Source: a virus (Duplodnaviria; Caudoviricetes). Taken from it: 64,000 nucleotides of DNA. This document shows, piece by piece, positions 55,496-64,000 of the stretch. Numbering within the stretch: the stretch's first letter is position 1; each line of letters opens with the position of its first letter. The notes under the pieces are model-generated. The model was given only the letters and a program-made list of their open reading frames with translations, ran no database searches and was not told where the DNA came from. The stretch is taken from the IMG/VR virus record IMGVR_UViG_3300031851_000001. One strand, 5' to 3'. The translations under genes were made by a program, and so were the position numbers.

Positions 55496-55864
55496 ATGTC
55501 TTTAGAAAAAATTATCAAAGAAGCGTTGGATAAAAATCCATTGGAAATGAAAGACGCATTCGCAGAAGAAATGGCAACACGTATTGCCGCTGCTTTAGAA
55601 GAAAAATATAAATCAGCTTTAAAAGAAGATTTAGAAGAAGCAAAAGACGACGATGATGAAGACGAAGATGATGATGATGACGATGACGACGACGACGATT
55701 CTGACGACGACGATGACTCGGACGACGACGCTAAAATCGGCGCTGACATGAAAAAATTAAATGCATCTTGCACAAAAACAGAAATGTATGGTAAGATGAA
55801 AGAAAAGTATGGCTGTTCAAAAGGAAAATTTGAAGGTCTATACGCATCATATTGCTCAAAGTAA
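55496..55864 (+). CDS. Acidic prohead-core-like protein with poly-Asp tract
   Basis: DAFAEEMATRIAAALE helix plus D-rich run, reminiscent of T4 gp67. Confidence 0.5.
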   Translation: MSLEKIIKEALDKNPLEMKDAFAEEMATRIAAALEEKYKSALKEDLEEAKDDDDEDEDDDDDDDDDDDSDDDDDSDDDAKIGADMKKLNASCTKTEMYGKMKEKYGCSKGKFEGLYASYCSK

Positions 55865-55876
55865 TAAGGTGTCAGG

Positions 55877-56320
55877 ATGGCTAAACTATATCTATTAATT
55901 ATTGTCTGTGGTTTATTTGCAGGTGTAGGATATGGTGCCAAACAGTATTACGATTGGTCTGAGGAAACGATAAGCGTTCTTCGGACCAATAACGTTAAAC
56001 TAGTAGCGGCTACTGAAACATTACAAAATACTGTGGACACAATGGTTGCCGATGCCCAGAGAAACGAAAAATTAAACCAAAATCTTACAAAACAATTAGC
56101 AGAGTCGCGTGAGTATTTAAATACATTGCGTAACAAATTTGCTCGCATTGATTTAGACATGGAAGCGTTAACTGACCCTGTTGATCTAGAAGAAAGAGTA
56201 CAGAATGCAGTTAACAAACTTATTGACGAAATCGCCGAAGATACTACTCCTCCTTCCGATGTTGATGATACTGACGGGGTGTCTGAGCCAACCGGAACCA
56301 GTAGTGGTAACTCAGACTGA
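55877..56320 (+). CDS. Inner-membrane spanin (Rz-like)
   Basis: N-terminal TM plus coiled coil; overlaps downstream lipoprotein. Confidence 0.7.
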   Translation: MAKLYLLIIVCGLFAGVGYGAKQYYDWSEETISVLRTNNVKLVAATETLQNTVDTMVADAQRNEKLNQNLTKQLAESREYLNTLRNKFARIDLDMEALTDPVDLEERVQNAVNKLIDEIAEDTTPPSDVDDTDGVSEPTGTSSGNSD

Positions 56321-56579
56321 ATATCAAAAACAAAATATCCCAATACAAGAGAGACCGCCTTTAGTTGACTTCCCTCCTATGGAGTGGATGGTTATTACTG
56401 AGGATAACCTTGACGAAAAAGTAAATGAGCTCAAAGGTAAAAATGGAAATTTTGTAGTATTTGCTATTAGCTCAAAAGGTTATGAAAACCTTGCTATTGG
56501 TATTGGAGAATTGCGAAGATATATAAACGAACAAAAAGCAATAATTGTCTATTATGAAGAGGCGTTGCGTGATAAATAG
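56205..56579 (+). CDS. Outer-membrane spanin lipoprotein (Rz1-like)
   Basis: Lipobox LTGC, Pro-rich segment, overlap with i-spanin. Confidence 0.7.
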   Translation: MQLTNLLTKSPKILLLLPMLMILTGCLSQPEPVVVTQTEYQKQNIPIQERPPLVDFPPMEWMVITEDNLDEKVNELKGKNGNFVVFAISSKGYENLAIGIGELRRYINEQKAIIVYYEEALRDK

Positions 56580-56673
56580 TAGCGTATACAAATTATATTA
56601 TTTTAAGTGATTAAGTTAATCATGGAGTTCGCCACTAGCCTCCGTTATCAAAAGGCATTAAAGGAATAATATT

Positions 56674-57165
56674 TTGGCTACAGAAAAAAATTGGGAAACC
56701 GATATACGGTTAATCCAAAGTGATATTAAACAAATTCAAAAGTTCTTTAACAAGGTTGAAACATCAATGGATGTTATGGTTGACCTTAGCAAGAACGTAG
56801 CTGTTCAATCAGAAGTAATTGCTTTTACTAAAGAAAAGCTTGAAGAAATTGAAAGAACAGTAGACGAAACGCGAAAAACTGAAGATTTACGTTTGCAAGT
56901 ATTGAGCGATAGGCTCGAAGAATATAGGCGATCGTCACGTGGTGACCATGAAAAACTTGCTCAGCACAACGCTGAAAAACGAGCTATGAGTAATAAAGAA
57001 ATACTCGAAAAGCTTGAAATCATGGAGCGTGGTTTGCATTCTCGTATTAACGATCAAACAAAAAAGATTTCAACATTGGAAAACTGGCGTTACTATATCA
57101 TGGGTGTAAGTGCTGTTATTATGTTTTTCTTTGCTAAATGGTCTTGGCCTGATCTATTTGGTTGA
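56674..57165 (+). CDS. Coiled-coil protein with C-terminal TM (possible holin)
   Basis: Heptad-rich body, LENWRYYIMG plus TM. Confidence 0.5.
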   Translation: MATEKNWETDIRLIQSDIKQIQKFFNKVETSMDVMVDLSKNVAVQSEVIAFTKEKLEEIERTVDETRKTEDLRLQVLSDRLEEYRRSSRGDHEKLAQHNAEKRAMSNKEILEKLEIMERGLHSRINDQTKKISTLENWRYYIMGVSAVIMFFFAKWSWPDLFG

Positions 57166-57229
57166 CATACAATTAAATCTGTGATATACTAAATTAACGG
57201 TTGACATTATAGCGCTCTATTGTTATAAT
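57162..57229 (+). promoter_or_regulatory. Two tandem sigma70 promoters upstream of primase
   Basis: TTGACA-17-TATACT and consensus TTGACA-17-TATAAT. Confidence 0.8.
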
Positions 57230-57256
57230 GTTTATATTCAATATGGAAAGTATATA

Positions 57257-58276
57257 ATGGTAGATTTTGTCGACATTCAGTATGCTCAGATGTTATCTGG
57301 CAGACTTGATAACTTTAAAATACGTAACACAAATCCCTATAAAATTAACTTCCGCTGCCCTATTTGTGGTGACTCTCAAAAGTCCCGCTCAAAGGCACGT
57401 GGTTGGTTATTGGAGCGGGATAATAAGTTCTCTTTTTACTGTCACAACTGTGGTACATCTCAGGGCTTCTCGTACTTCCTTAAAGGACAAGACCAGCAAC
57501 TATATAATGACTATGTGGCTGATAAGTTTGTAGGTAAAGCCAATAATACTATCAAGGATACTAAAGATAAAGAAGTTGACGATAGTAAGTTTAAAACAAA
57601 AGCACCTACGTTTAAAAAACAAAATCCCCTTTCTAAAATCAAAAAAGTTAGTCAATTAAAACATGACCACCCAGTCAAGTATTATATTGAACAACGCAAA
57701 ATCCCTACAAGTCACCATTATCGTTTATACTATGCTCCTAAGTTTAAGACATGGATCAATAGTATTATACCAAATAAATTTCCAAATTTTAAAAAAGACG
57801 AACCGCGTTTAATCATACCATTTCTTGATGAACGTGGCAATTGCTTTGGTGTATCCGCTCGTGGTTTTGATCCAGACGGAATTAGATATATAACTATATT
57901 GTTTGAAGAAAGACCAAAGATTTTTGGTTTGGACAAAGTCGATTTCAGCCAACCTTATTATATTGTTGAAGGCGCCATAGACAGTATGTTCCTCGAGAAT
58001 GCTATCTCTATGAATGGCGCAGAAGGCAATGGCAACTCTGCAAGTGATAATGCGATATATGTATTTGATGCTGAGCCACGTAATAAGGAAATTTGCGATC
58101 GTATGGAAAAAGTAATCAAAGCTGGATATAAAGTATGTATTTGGCCTGAGAACGTTCCCGCGAAAGACATAAACGATATCTATATGAAAGGGTATGATCC
58201 TGAAAAAATGATAGAAGAAAATATCTACCAAGGTTTGGTAGCTGAATTAAAATTTGCTAATTGGAGGAAATCTTGA
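57257..58276 (+). CDS. 61: DNA primase (T4 gp61)
   Basis: CPICGDS...CHNC zinc finger; VEGAIDS, KDIND TOPRIM. Confidence 0.95.
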   Translation: MVDFVDIQYAQMLSGRLDNFKIRNTNPYKINFRCPICGDSQKSRSKARGWLLERDNKFSFYCHNCGTSQGFSYFLKGQDQQLYNDYVADKFVGKANNTIKDTKDKEVDDSKFKTKAPTFKKQNPLSKIKKVSQLKHDHPVKYYIEQRKIPTSHHYRLYYAPKFKTWINSIIPNKFPNFKKDEPRLIIPFLDERGNCFGVSARGFDPDGIRYITILFEERPKIFGLDKVDFSQPYYIVEGAIDSMFLENAISMNGAEGNGNSASDNAIYVFDAEPRNKEICDRMEKVIKAGYKVCIWPENVPAKDINDIYMKGYDPEKMIEENIYQGLVAELKFANWRKS

Positions 58277-58428
58277 ACTTACTTAATTTAAAACCAGAAT
58301 TAATAGAAACTATAATTAAAACACTTGAACCATCAAAAGATAAAGAGTGGCTTGAGCTGCAATTTAAAGAACAACAAAATGGCGGCGCATGGAAGGCCCG
58401 CATCCGCGAACAAGGATACGTAATATGA
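58273..58428 (+). CDS. Small hypothetical protein (51 aa, TTG start)
   Basis: Fills the primase-thyX gap with overlaps at both ends. Confidence 0.45.
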   Translation: MNLLNLKPELIETIIKTLEPSKDKEWLELQFKEQQNGGAWKARIREQGYVI

Positions 58429-59093
58429 AAGCTAGACTAATTGCATACTCACAACCAGTTAAAGATGAAATCATTGGCTTAGATGATGTACAAGATTTGA
58501 TTGCATATTGTGCTAGAGTATCAAATCCATCCAATCAGTTAAACCAAGAGACTGCGCCTAAACTGCTCAACTATCTATCAAAACATTCTCATTGGTCTCC
58601 ATTTGAAATGGCTAATGCAACATTGGAAATTGAAACAACTCGTGATATCGCTCGCCAAATGTTACGCCACCGTTCATTTGCATTCCAAGAGTTTAGTCAA
58701 CGCTATGCCGATATTCGTGACTTAGATAGTAAAATGGTTGTTCGTAAGGCTCGATTGCAAGATCCAAAGAACCGTCAAAATAGTGTTATGACTGATGATG
58801 TTTCTCTGCATATGGCTTGGGAAGTTCATCAACGAAAGGTTTGGAACGAAGCTATGAAATCATATGCTTGGGCTATTGAAAACGGTATCGCAAAAGAACA
58901 AGCTCGTGCCCTTTTACCTGAAGGTAATACACCAAGCCGTTTATATATGCAAGGTTCTATTCGTTCATGGATCCATTATGTTGAACTGCGTTCGTCTAAT
59001 GGAACACAACAAGAACATATGGAAATTGCTATAGCTTGTGCCGAAGCGATTACAAAAATCTTCCCGTCAATGGATAAGTTTATTGAAAAATAA
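58425..59093 (+). CDS. thyX: Flavin-dependent thymidylate synthase
   Basis: RHRSFAFQEFSQRY signature; start moved to MKARLI at 58425. Confidence 0.95.
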   Translation: MKARLIAYSQPVKDEIIGLDDVQDLIAYCARVSNPSNQLNQETAPKLLNYLSKHSHWSPFEMANATLEIETTRDIARQMLRHRSFAFQEFSQRYADIRDLDSKMVVRKARLQDPKNRQNSVMTDDVSLHMAWEVHQRKVWNEAMKSYAWAIENGIAKEQARALLPEGNTPSRLYMQGSIRSWIHYVELRSSNGTQQEHMEIAIACAEAITKIFPSMDKFIEK

Positions 59094-59269
59094 TGTTTCC
59101 AAAATAAATTTATTTTTATTGACATTTAGGGATATATGTAGTATAGTAACTTATAAATATAGCTACCAGTTGACTGTAGAAGTCAATGAATATCCAATTA
59201 GAATAAACAATATAGTGCCTTATGGGTGCCGTGTTGTTTATACACATTAACATATAAGAGGCGCCAAGG

Positions 59270-60562
59270 ATGTTAGAAAACACTCAATCAATTTCAAATG
59301 TAATAGAATTACCTAGACTAGTTAATTATGTAACTAAACGTGACGGGACCACTAAGGACTTCGATAAAAATAAGATTACATATGCAGTAGAAAAGGCAAT
59401 GAAAGGAATTGGTATTCGAAGTAAAAACTTATCAAGTGAAATTACTTCAGAGGTGGTTGAAACCATCAACAACGAATCAACTGACGTTATTGTGAGTGTT
59501 GATACTATTCACAAAACAGTTGAAAACGTTATTATGGATATGGGATTACACGACTTGGCGAGAGAGTATATCCTATTCCGTTTTAACAATAAGCCTGACA
59601 TCTTTCGTAAACGTACGAGTCTTAAACCATACGAATATCCTCAGCTGGTAGAATTTACTGATGCTATTCGCCATTCATATTGGGTACATACAGAGTTTAA
59701 TTACTCGTCAGATATCCAAGATATGAAAGTTAAAATGACAGAGCCAGAAGTTGAAATCGTAAAGAAAGCTATGTTGGCTATCTCTCAGATTGAAGTTGCG
59801 GTTAAAACATTTTGGGCTAAGATTGGCGACCGTTTCCCTAAACCAGAAGTAGCAGCGGTAGGCATTACGTTTGGCGAATCAGAAGTACGTCATGCTGATG
59901 CGTATTCAAATCTAATTGAAATCATGGGTCTTAACGAAGAGTTTGAAAAGGTAGTCGAAGTACCGGCTATGAAAAAGCGTATCGCTTACCTTGAGCAATC
60001 AATCGGTGCCCCCGCAGATGATAAAGACTATTTCCACAAAATTATTCTATTCTCTATGTTTGTGGAAAACGTTTCATTGTTTAGTCAATTCCTTATTATG
60101 ATGGCTTTCAATAAACATAAGAATGTTCTCAAAGGTATTTCAAATGCTGTTGAAGCAACATCAAAAGAAGAAGATATTCACGCTCGTTTTGGTTTTGAAC
60201 TAGTGAATATTATTAGAGAAGAAAACCCAGATTGGTTCGACAAAGATAGTAACAATGAAGTTAATCGTCTTTGCCGTGACGCATTCAAAGCAGAGTCTGC
60301 TATCGTTGATTGGATTTATGCCGACCACGATTTAGACTTTTTACCTAAAGCAACAGTGAAAGAATTCTTAAAGCATCGTTTCAATCAATCATTGAAAGCA
60401 ATTGATATGAAGCCTTTATATGAGGTAGACGAAGAGGCAGTCGCAAGTACTGACTGGTTTGTAGAAGAAATCCTAAGTACTAAAAATGTTGACTTTTTCG
60501 TCAAGCGTTCAACCGCTTATTCAAAGAAAACAAAAGCCTTCACCGAAGACGACCTCTTTTAG
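59270..60562 (+). CDS. nrdB: Ribonucleotide reductase class I beta subunit with N-terminal ATP-cone
   Basis: VTKRDG...FDKNKI ATP-cone; EVRHADAY and EDIHARFG di-metal motifs. Confidence 0.92.
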   Translation: MLENTQSISNVIELPRLVNYVTKRDGTTKDFDKNKITYAVEKAMKGIGIRSKNLSSEITSEVVETINNESTDVIVSVDTIHKTVENVIMDMGLHDLAREYILFRFNNKPDIFRKRTSLKPYEYPQLVEFTDAIRHSYWVHTEFNYSSDIQDMKVKMTEPEVEIVKKAMLAISQIEVAVKTFWAKIGDRFPKPEVAAVGITFGESEVRHADAYSNLIEIMGLNEEFEKVVEVPAMKKRIAYLEQSIGAPADDKDYFHKIILFSMFVENVSLFSQFLIMMAFNKHKNVLKGISNAVEATSKEEDIHARFGFELVNIIREENPDWFDKDSNNEVNRLCRDAFKAESAIVDWIYADHDLDFLPKATVKEFLKHRFNQSLKAIDMKPLYEVDEEAVASTDWFVEEILSTKNVDFFVKRSTAYSKKTKAFTEDDLF

Positions 60563-60573
60563 AAAGATATATT

Positions 60574-62271
60574 ATGAGAAAATACAAGAAATTTTATTGG
60601 CTAAACGATGATGCGCGTACATTTTTGTCGCGCGGTTATCTAGAAGAAAAAGAAAAGCCACAAGACCGCATCCGTGTCATTGCTGATAAAGCTGAATGGT
60701 ACCTAAAGGATATGGCAAAAACAAAAGCAAGTAAAGCCAAATACGATGGCTTTGCTGATAAATTTTATGACTATATGAGTCGTGGATTTTATTCATTAGC
60801 ATCACCTATATGGGCTAACTATGGTAAAGAACGAGGTTTACCAGTATCATGTTTTGGCTCATTCATTGATGATAGTATGCAAGCTATTTTATTTGGTCAT
60901 GCCGAGAATGGTATGTTAATGAAAAACGGTGGTGGTACATCGGGTTACTTTGGTGCAATTCGTCATCGTGGTGCTCCTATTAGAGACTCAGGTGAATCTT
61001 CAGGTTCAGTACACTTTATGCAAATGTATGATACGTTGGCGTCAGTTGTATCGCAGGGTTCAGTACGTCGAGGCTTCTTCGCTGCCTACCAAGATATTGA
61101 ACACCCAGATGCTGATGAGTTTTTAGATATTGGTACAGAAGGTAATCCTATCCAAGGCTTAACGACTGGTATTAATGTTAGTAACAAATTCATTGACGAA
61201 ATGAAAGCTGGCGATCCAGAAAAACGTCGTCTATGGGCAAAGGTATTACAACGTCGTTCTGAAATTGGTTTCCCTTATATTCTATTCTCAGATAACGTAA
61301 ACGATGGTAGACCACAAGTATATAAAGATAAAGATATGCGAGTACATGCTTCAAATATGTGTGCTGAAATCGCATTGCCATCTTCGCACGAAGAAACGTT
61401 TACATGCGTATTATCATCTCTTAATGTTTTACATTGGGATGAAATTAAAGAAACAGACGCGATTGAAACATTGACTATGTTCCTTGATACAGTATGCGAA
61501 GAGTTTGTTCGTAAGACTGCTGGTCAAATATATATGAAACGTGCTCGTGATTTTGCTATGAAACACCGTGCCCTTGGTGCTGGTATTTTAGGTTGGCATT
61601 CGCATTTACAATCTAAAATGATTTCTTTTGAGTCAAAAGAAGCAGCTCAGTTAAACCTCGAGATTGCCAAAACGATGCAGGAAAAATCATATGAAGCTTC
61701 TCGTCAAATGGCAAAAACATTAGGTGAACCAGAGTTGCTTGAAGGTTATGGAATGCGTAATACCACAACAATGGCTATTGCTCCAACAAAATCATCAAGC
61801 TTTATTCTTGGTCAAGTATCACAGTCTATTGAGCCAGAATTCTCTAACGCGTATGTTAAAGATTTGGCGAAAATGAAAGTTACTATTCGTAATCCATACC
61901 TAAAAGAATTATTAATTGAAAAAGAACAAGATACACCAGATGTATGGGAATCAATTAAAAATCGCGACGGTTCAGTTCAGCACCTTGAGTTTTTAACTGA
62001 AGACGAACGCGCAGTATTTAAAACATTCTCAGAAATTAGTCCAAATACTATTATTGACCAAGCTGCTATTCGTCAAGAATACATTGACCAATCTCAAAGT
62101 TTAAATCTTATGCTTGATCCAGATATGACAGTTAAAGATATTAACGCGTTATATCTATATGCAAATGAAATGGGTGTGAAAAGTTTATATTACGCTTACT
62201 CAATGTCAGCGGCTCAATCATTAACAAGAAAACGCGTTATGAGCGCAGATTGTGCGGCATGTGAAGCATAG
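60574..62271 (+). CDS. nrdA: Ribonucleotide reductase class I alpha subunit, no ATP-cone
   Basis: PVSCF, SNMCAEI, IAPTKSSS, KSLYY, C-terminal CAAC. Confidence 0.95.
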   Translation: MRKYKKFYWLNDDARTFLSRGYLEEKEKPQDRIRVIADKAEWYLKDMAKTKASKAKYDGFADKFYDYMSRGFYSLASPIWANYGKERGLPVSCFGSFIDDSMQAILFGHAENGMLMKNGGGTSGYFGAIRHRGAPIRDSGESSGSVHFMQMYDTLASVVSQGSVRRGFFAAYQDIEHPDADEFLDIGTEGNPIQGLTTGINVSNKFIDEMKAGDPEKRRLWAKVLQRRSEIGFPYILFSDNVNDGRPQVYKDKDMRVHASNMCAEIALPSSHEETFTCVLSSLNVLHWDEIKETDAIETLTMFLDTVCEEFVRKTAGQIYMKRARDFAMKHRALGAGILGWHSHLQSKMISFESKEAAQLNLEIAKTMQEKSYEASRQMAKTLGEPELLEGYGMRNTTTMAIAPTKSSSFILGQVSQSIEPEFSNAYVKDLAKMKVTIRNPYLKELLIEKEQDTPDVWESIKNRDGSVQHLEFLTEDERAVFKTFSEISPNTIIDQAAIRQEYIDQSQSLNLMLDPDMTVKDINALYLYANEMGVKSLYYAYSMSAAQSLTRKRVMSADCAACEA

Positions 62272-62274
62272 ATT

Positions 62275-63471
62275 ATGAACTATCTGAAATACTTTGAAAA
62301 AACAGTTAAAGAATTTAAAGCCGATGGCAGATATAGAGTCTTTAACGATATACTTAGAGAGCGAGGGTCTTTCCCTCGTTCAATATGGTATGGTAAGTAT
62401 GCTCCAAAAAATATAGTGAACTGGTGTTCTAATGATTATTTAGGTATGGGTCAAAATCCATATGTTATTGATTCAATGCATACAGCTTTGGATCAGACAG
62501 GTGCTGGATCAGGCGGTACTCGTAATATAGGTGGAACATCACATTACCATGTTACATTAGAGCGAGAGATAGCATCTTTACATAAAACTCAATCGGCATT
62601 AATATTTACAAGCGCATATGTTGCTAATGAATGGTCACTTATAGCCTTATCTAAAATTATACCAAATATATGTTTTGTTTCTGATAGCAAAAACCATGCT
62701 TCAATTATTATGGGTATGGTAAATAGTAGAGCAGAAAAACTAATATTTGAACATAACGATATGTCTGATTTGGAAACAAAACTCAAACTGGCGCTTAAAC
62801 GTAAACTAAACCCCGTAATTGTATTTGAGTCAATATACTCGATGGACGGAGATGTATCACCTATAAAATCAATAGTTGATCTGGCATATAAATATAAGGC
62901 AATGACTTATATAGACGAGGTCCATGCAGTAGGTCTTTATGGTAAAACAGGCGCTGGGTATTGTGAAGAGCTAAACTTATATTCTGATAGTATCGACATT
63001 GTGAACGGTACATTGGGAAAAGCTTACGGCGTCCAAGGAGGTTACATTGCAGGTAATCAAACTATTATTGACGCTATTAGGTCGACGGCAAGTGGTTTCA
63101 TATTCACTACCAGTATGTCACCAGTTATATGCGCTGGGGCACTCGCCAGTATAAATTATCTAAAGGATCACAACTCCCTTAGAGAAAAACATCAAGAACG
63201 TGTTGCCAAACTCAAAGGCATGCTTATTGATGCAGGAATAAATATCCATCCAAACGCTTGTACTCACATTATACCAGTGATGGTCAATGATGCGTTTAAA
63301 TGTAAAGAAGCTTCGGATAGATTAATAAACGAATTCGGTATATACATACAACCAATTAATTCTCCAACAGTGGAACAAGGGACCGAGCGATTACGTATCG
63401 CACCTACTCCATACCATACCGATATAATGATGGTAGAATTAGTTGAAGCGCTGAAAGAAGTATTGAAATGA
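62275..63471 (+). CDS. hemA: 5-aminolevulinate synthase
   Basis: [33 protein letters not shown] (PLP Lys), FIFTTS. Confidence 0.93.
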   Translation: MNYLKYFEKTVKEFKADGRYRVFNDILRERGSFPRSIWYGKYAPKNIVNWCSNDYLGMGQNPYVIDSMHTALDQTGAGSGGTRNIGGTSHYHVTLEREIASLHKTQSALIFTSAYVANEWSLIALSKIIPNICFVSDSKNHASIIMGMVNSRAEKLIFEHNDMSDLETKLKLALKRKLNPVIVFESIYSMDGDVSPIKSIVDLAYKYKAMTYIDEVHAVGLYGKTGAGYCEELNLYSDSIDIVNGTLGKAYGVQGGYIAGNQTIIDAIRSTASGFIFTTSMSPVICAGALASINYLKDHNSLREKHQERVAKLKGMLIDAGINIHPNACTHIIPVMVNDAFKCKEASDRLINEFGIYIQPINSPTVEQGTERLRIAPTPYHTDIMMVELVEALKEVLK

Positions 63472-63932
63472 ATCAATTAGAAAATGCATTCTTCAGTAAA
63501 AAGGAAAATAACATGACTAGAATTAAAAAAGCTTTTTGGTTTACACTTGGAATTCTATTAGTCGGCGTAGCTTACCTCGGTGTAATACTACCCGGACTAC
63601 CTTGGAGTACACCAATCTTAGGCGCAACATTTTGTTTTGCAAAGTCAAGTGATAGGCTACACGGTTGGATTATGAATCATCCAAAGTTTGGTCCGTTTGT
63701 TAAAAACTGGTCAACATACAGAGTTTATCCAACCTTAGCAAAATGGGCAATGGTTGGCGTTATGTCAACATCATTAGCATTTATGTACTTTGGTACAGGT
63801 AATGAAAAAGCAACATTATATATGTTTATTACTTTTGCACTTATAGTTTTTTGGGCATGGCGTTACCCAGGATCGCAAGCTGAAGCTGAACGTCGTATTG
63901 AAGCCGGTGAAAAAATCGGTTGGTTGAAATAA
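63468..63932 (+). CDS. YbaN/DUF454 family inner-membrane protein
   Basis: [12 protein letters not shown]...[20 protein letters not shown]. Confidence 0.85.
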   Translation: MNQLENAFFSKKENNMTRIKKAFWFTLGILLVGVAYLGVILPGLPWSTPILGATFCFAKSSDRLHGWIMNHPKFGPFVKNWSTYRVYPTLAKWAMVGVMSTSLAFMYFGTGNEKATLYMFITFALIVFWAWRYPGSQAEAERRIEAGEKIGWLK

Positions 63933-63943
63933 AGGATTAAGAT

Positions 63944-64000
63944 ATGAAAACACTTACAAGTACTATTATTGCATCACTTATGGCATCAGGTGCCATAGCT
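63944..64000 (+). CDS. Exported protein, N-terminus only (truncated by window)
   Basis: MKTLTSTIIASLMASGAIA signal-peptide-like; SD AAAGGA. Confidence 0.55.
   Translation, partial: MKTLTSTIIASLMASGAIA

Noticed and set aside
55450-55941. Poly-Ser ORF on the minus strand
   Set aside because: Antisense shadow of the poly-Asp gene
57257-62271. Introns or inteins in primase, thyX, nrdA or nrdB (and the topoisomerase genes)
   Set aside because: Frames are uninterrupted, lengths are normal, and no splicing or homing-endonuclease motifs were seen
1-64000. Alternative genetic code, or a host chromosome segment explaining hemA, atpE and ssrA
   Set aside because: Core genes read through with standard stops, and the host-like genes are interleaved with T4 core genes and phage promoters without their usual chromosomal neighbours

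Overview
This window is an AT-rich segment of a large T4-like myovirus genome. It carries T4-type core genes (topoisomerase 39/60 and 52, gp33, gp59, gp32, UvsX, gp41, primase gp61, a gp3-like fragment, ThyX, NrdAB), sigma70-type early promoters and TATAAATA late promoters. Host-derived genes point to a marine alphaproteobacterial host, probably Rhodobacteraceae-like: a two-piece tmRNA, 5-aminolevulinate synthase, ATP synthase subunit c, pseudoazurin, DUF1127-like proteins, a porin and heme oxygenase plus PcyX. The most notable observations are (1) a complete circularly permuted tmRNA gene with tag ANENFAPSGFALAA that the ORF track misses; (2) a late six-gene operon of exported proteins resembling a pilin and chaperone without an usher; (3) at least nine proteins starting with a T4-like capsid-targeting sequence, including a (p)ppGpp-hydrolase-like enzyme; (4) an ATP synthase c subunit with a rewritten F1-coupling loop; (5) ALAS, HemO and a PcyX-like reductase with an altered active-site residue; (6) a radical-SAM/glycosyltransferase operon facing an array of 2OG-Fe(II) oxygenase-like genes; and (7) repeated early-promoter cassettes containing GANTC sites. 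Four tRNAs and a candidate structured ncRNA are also present. No CRISPR array, integrase, intron or intein was found. All family assignments come from motif recognition by eye and recalled family knowledge; no database searches were run.
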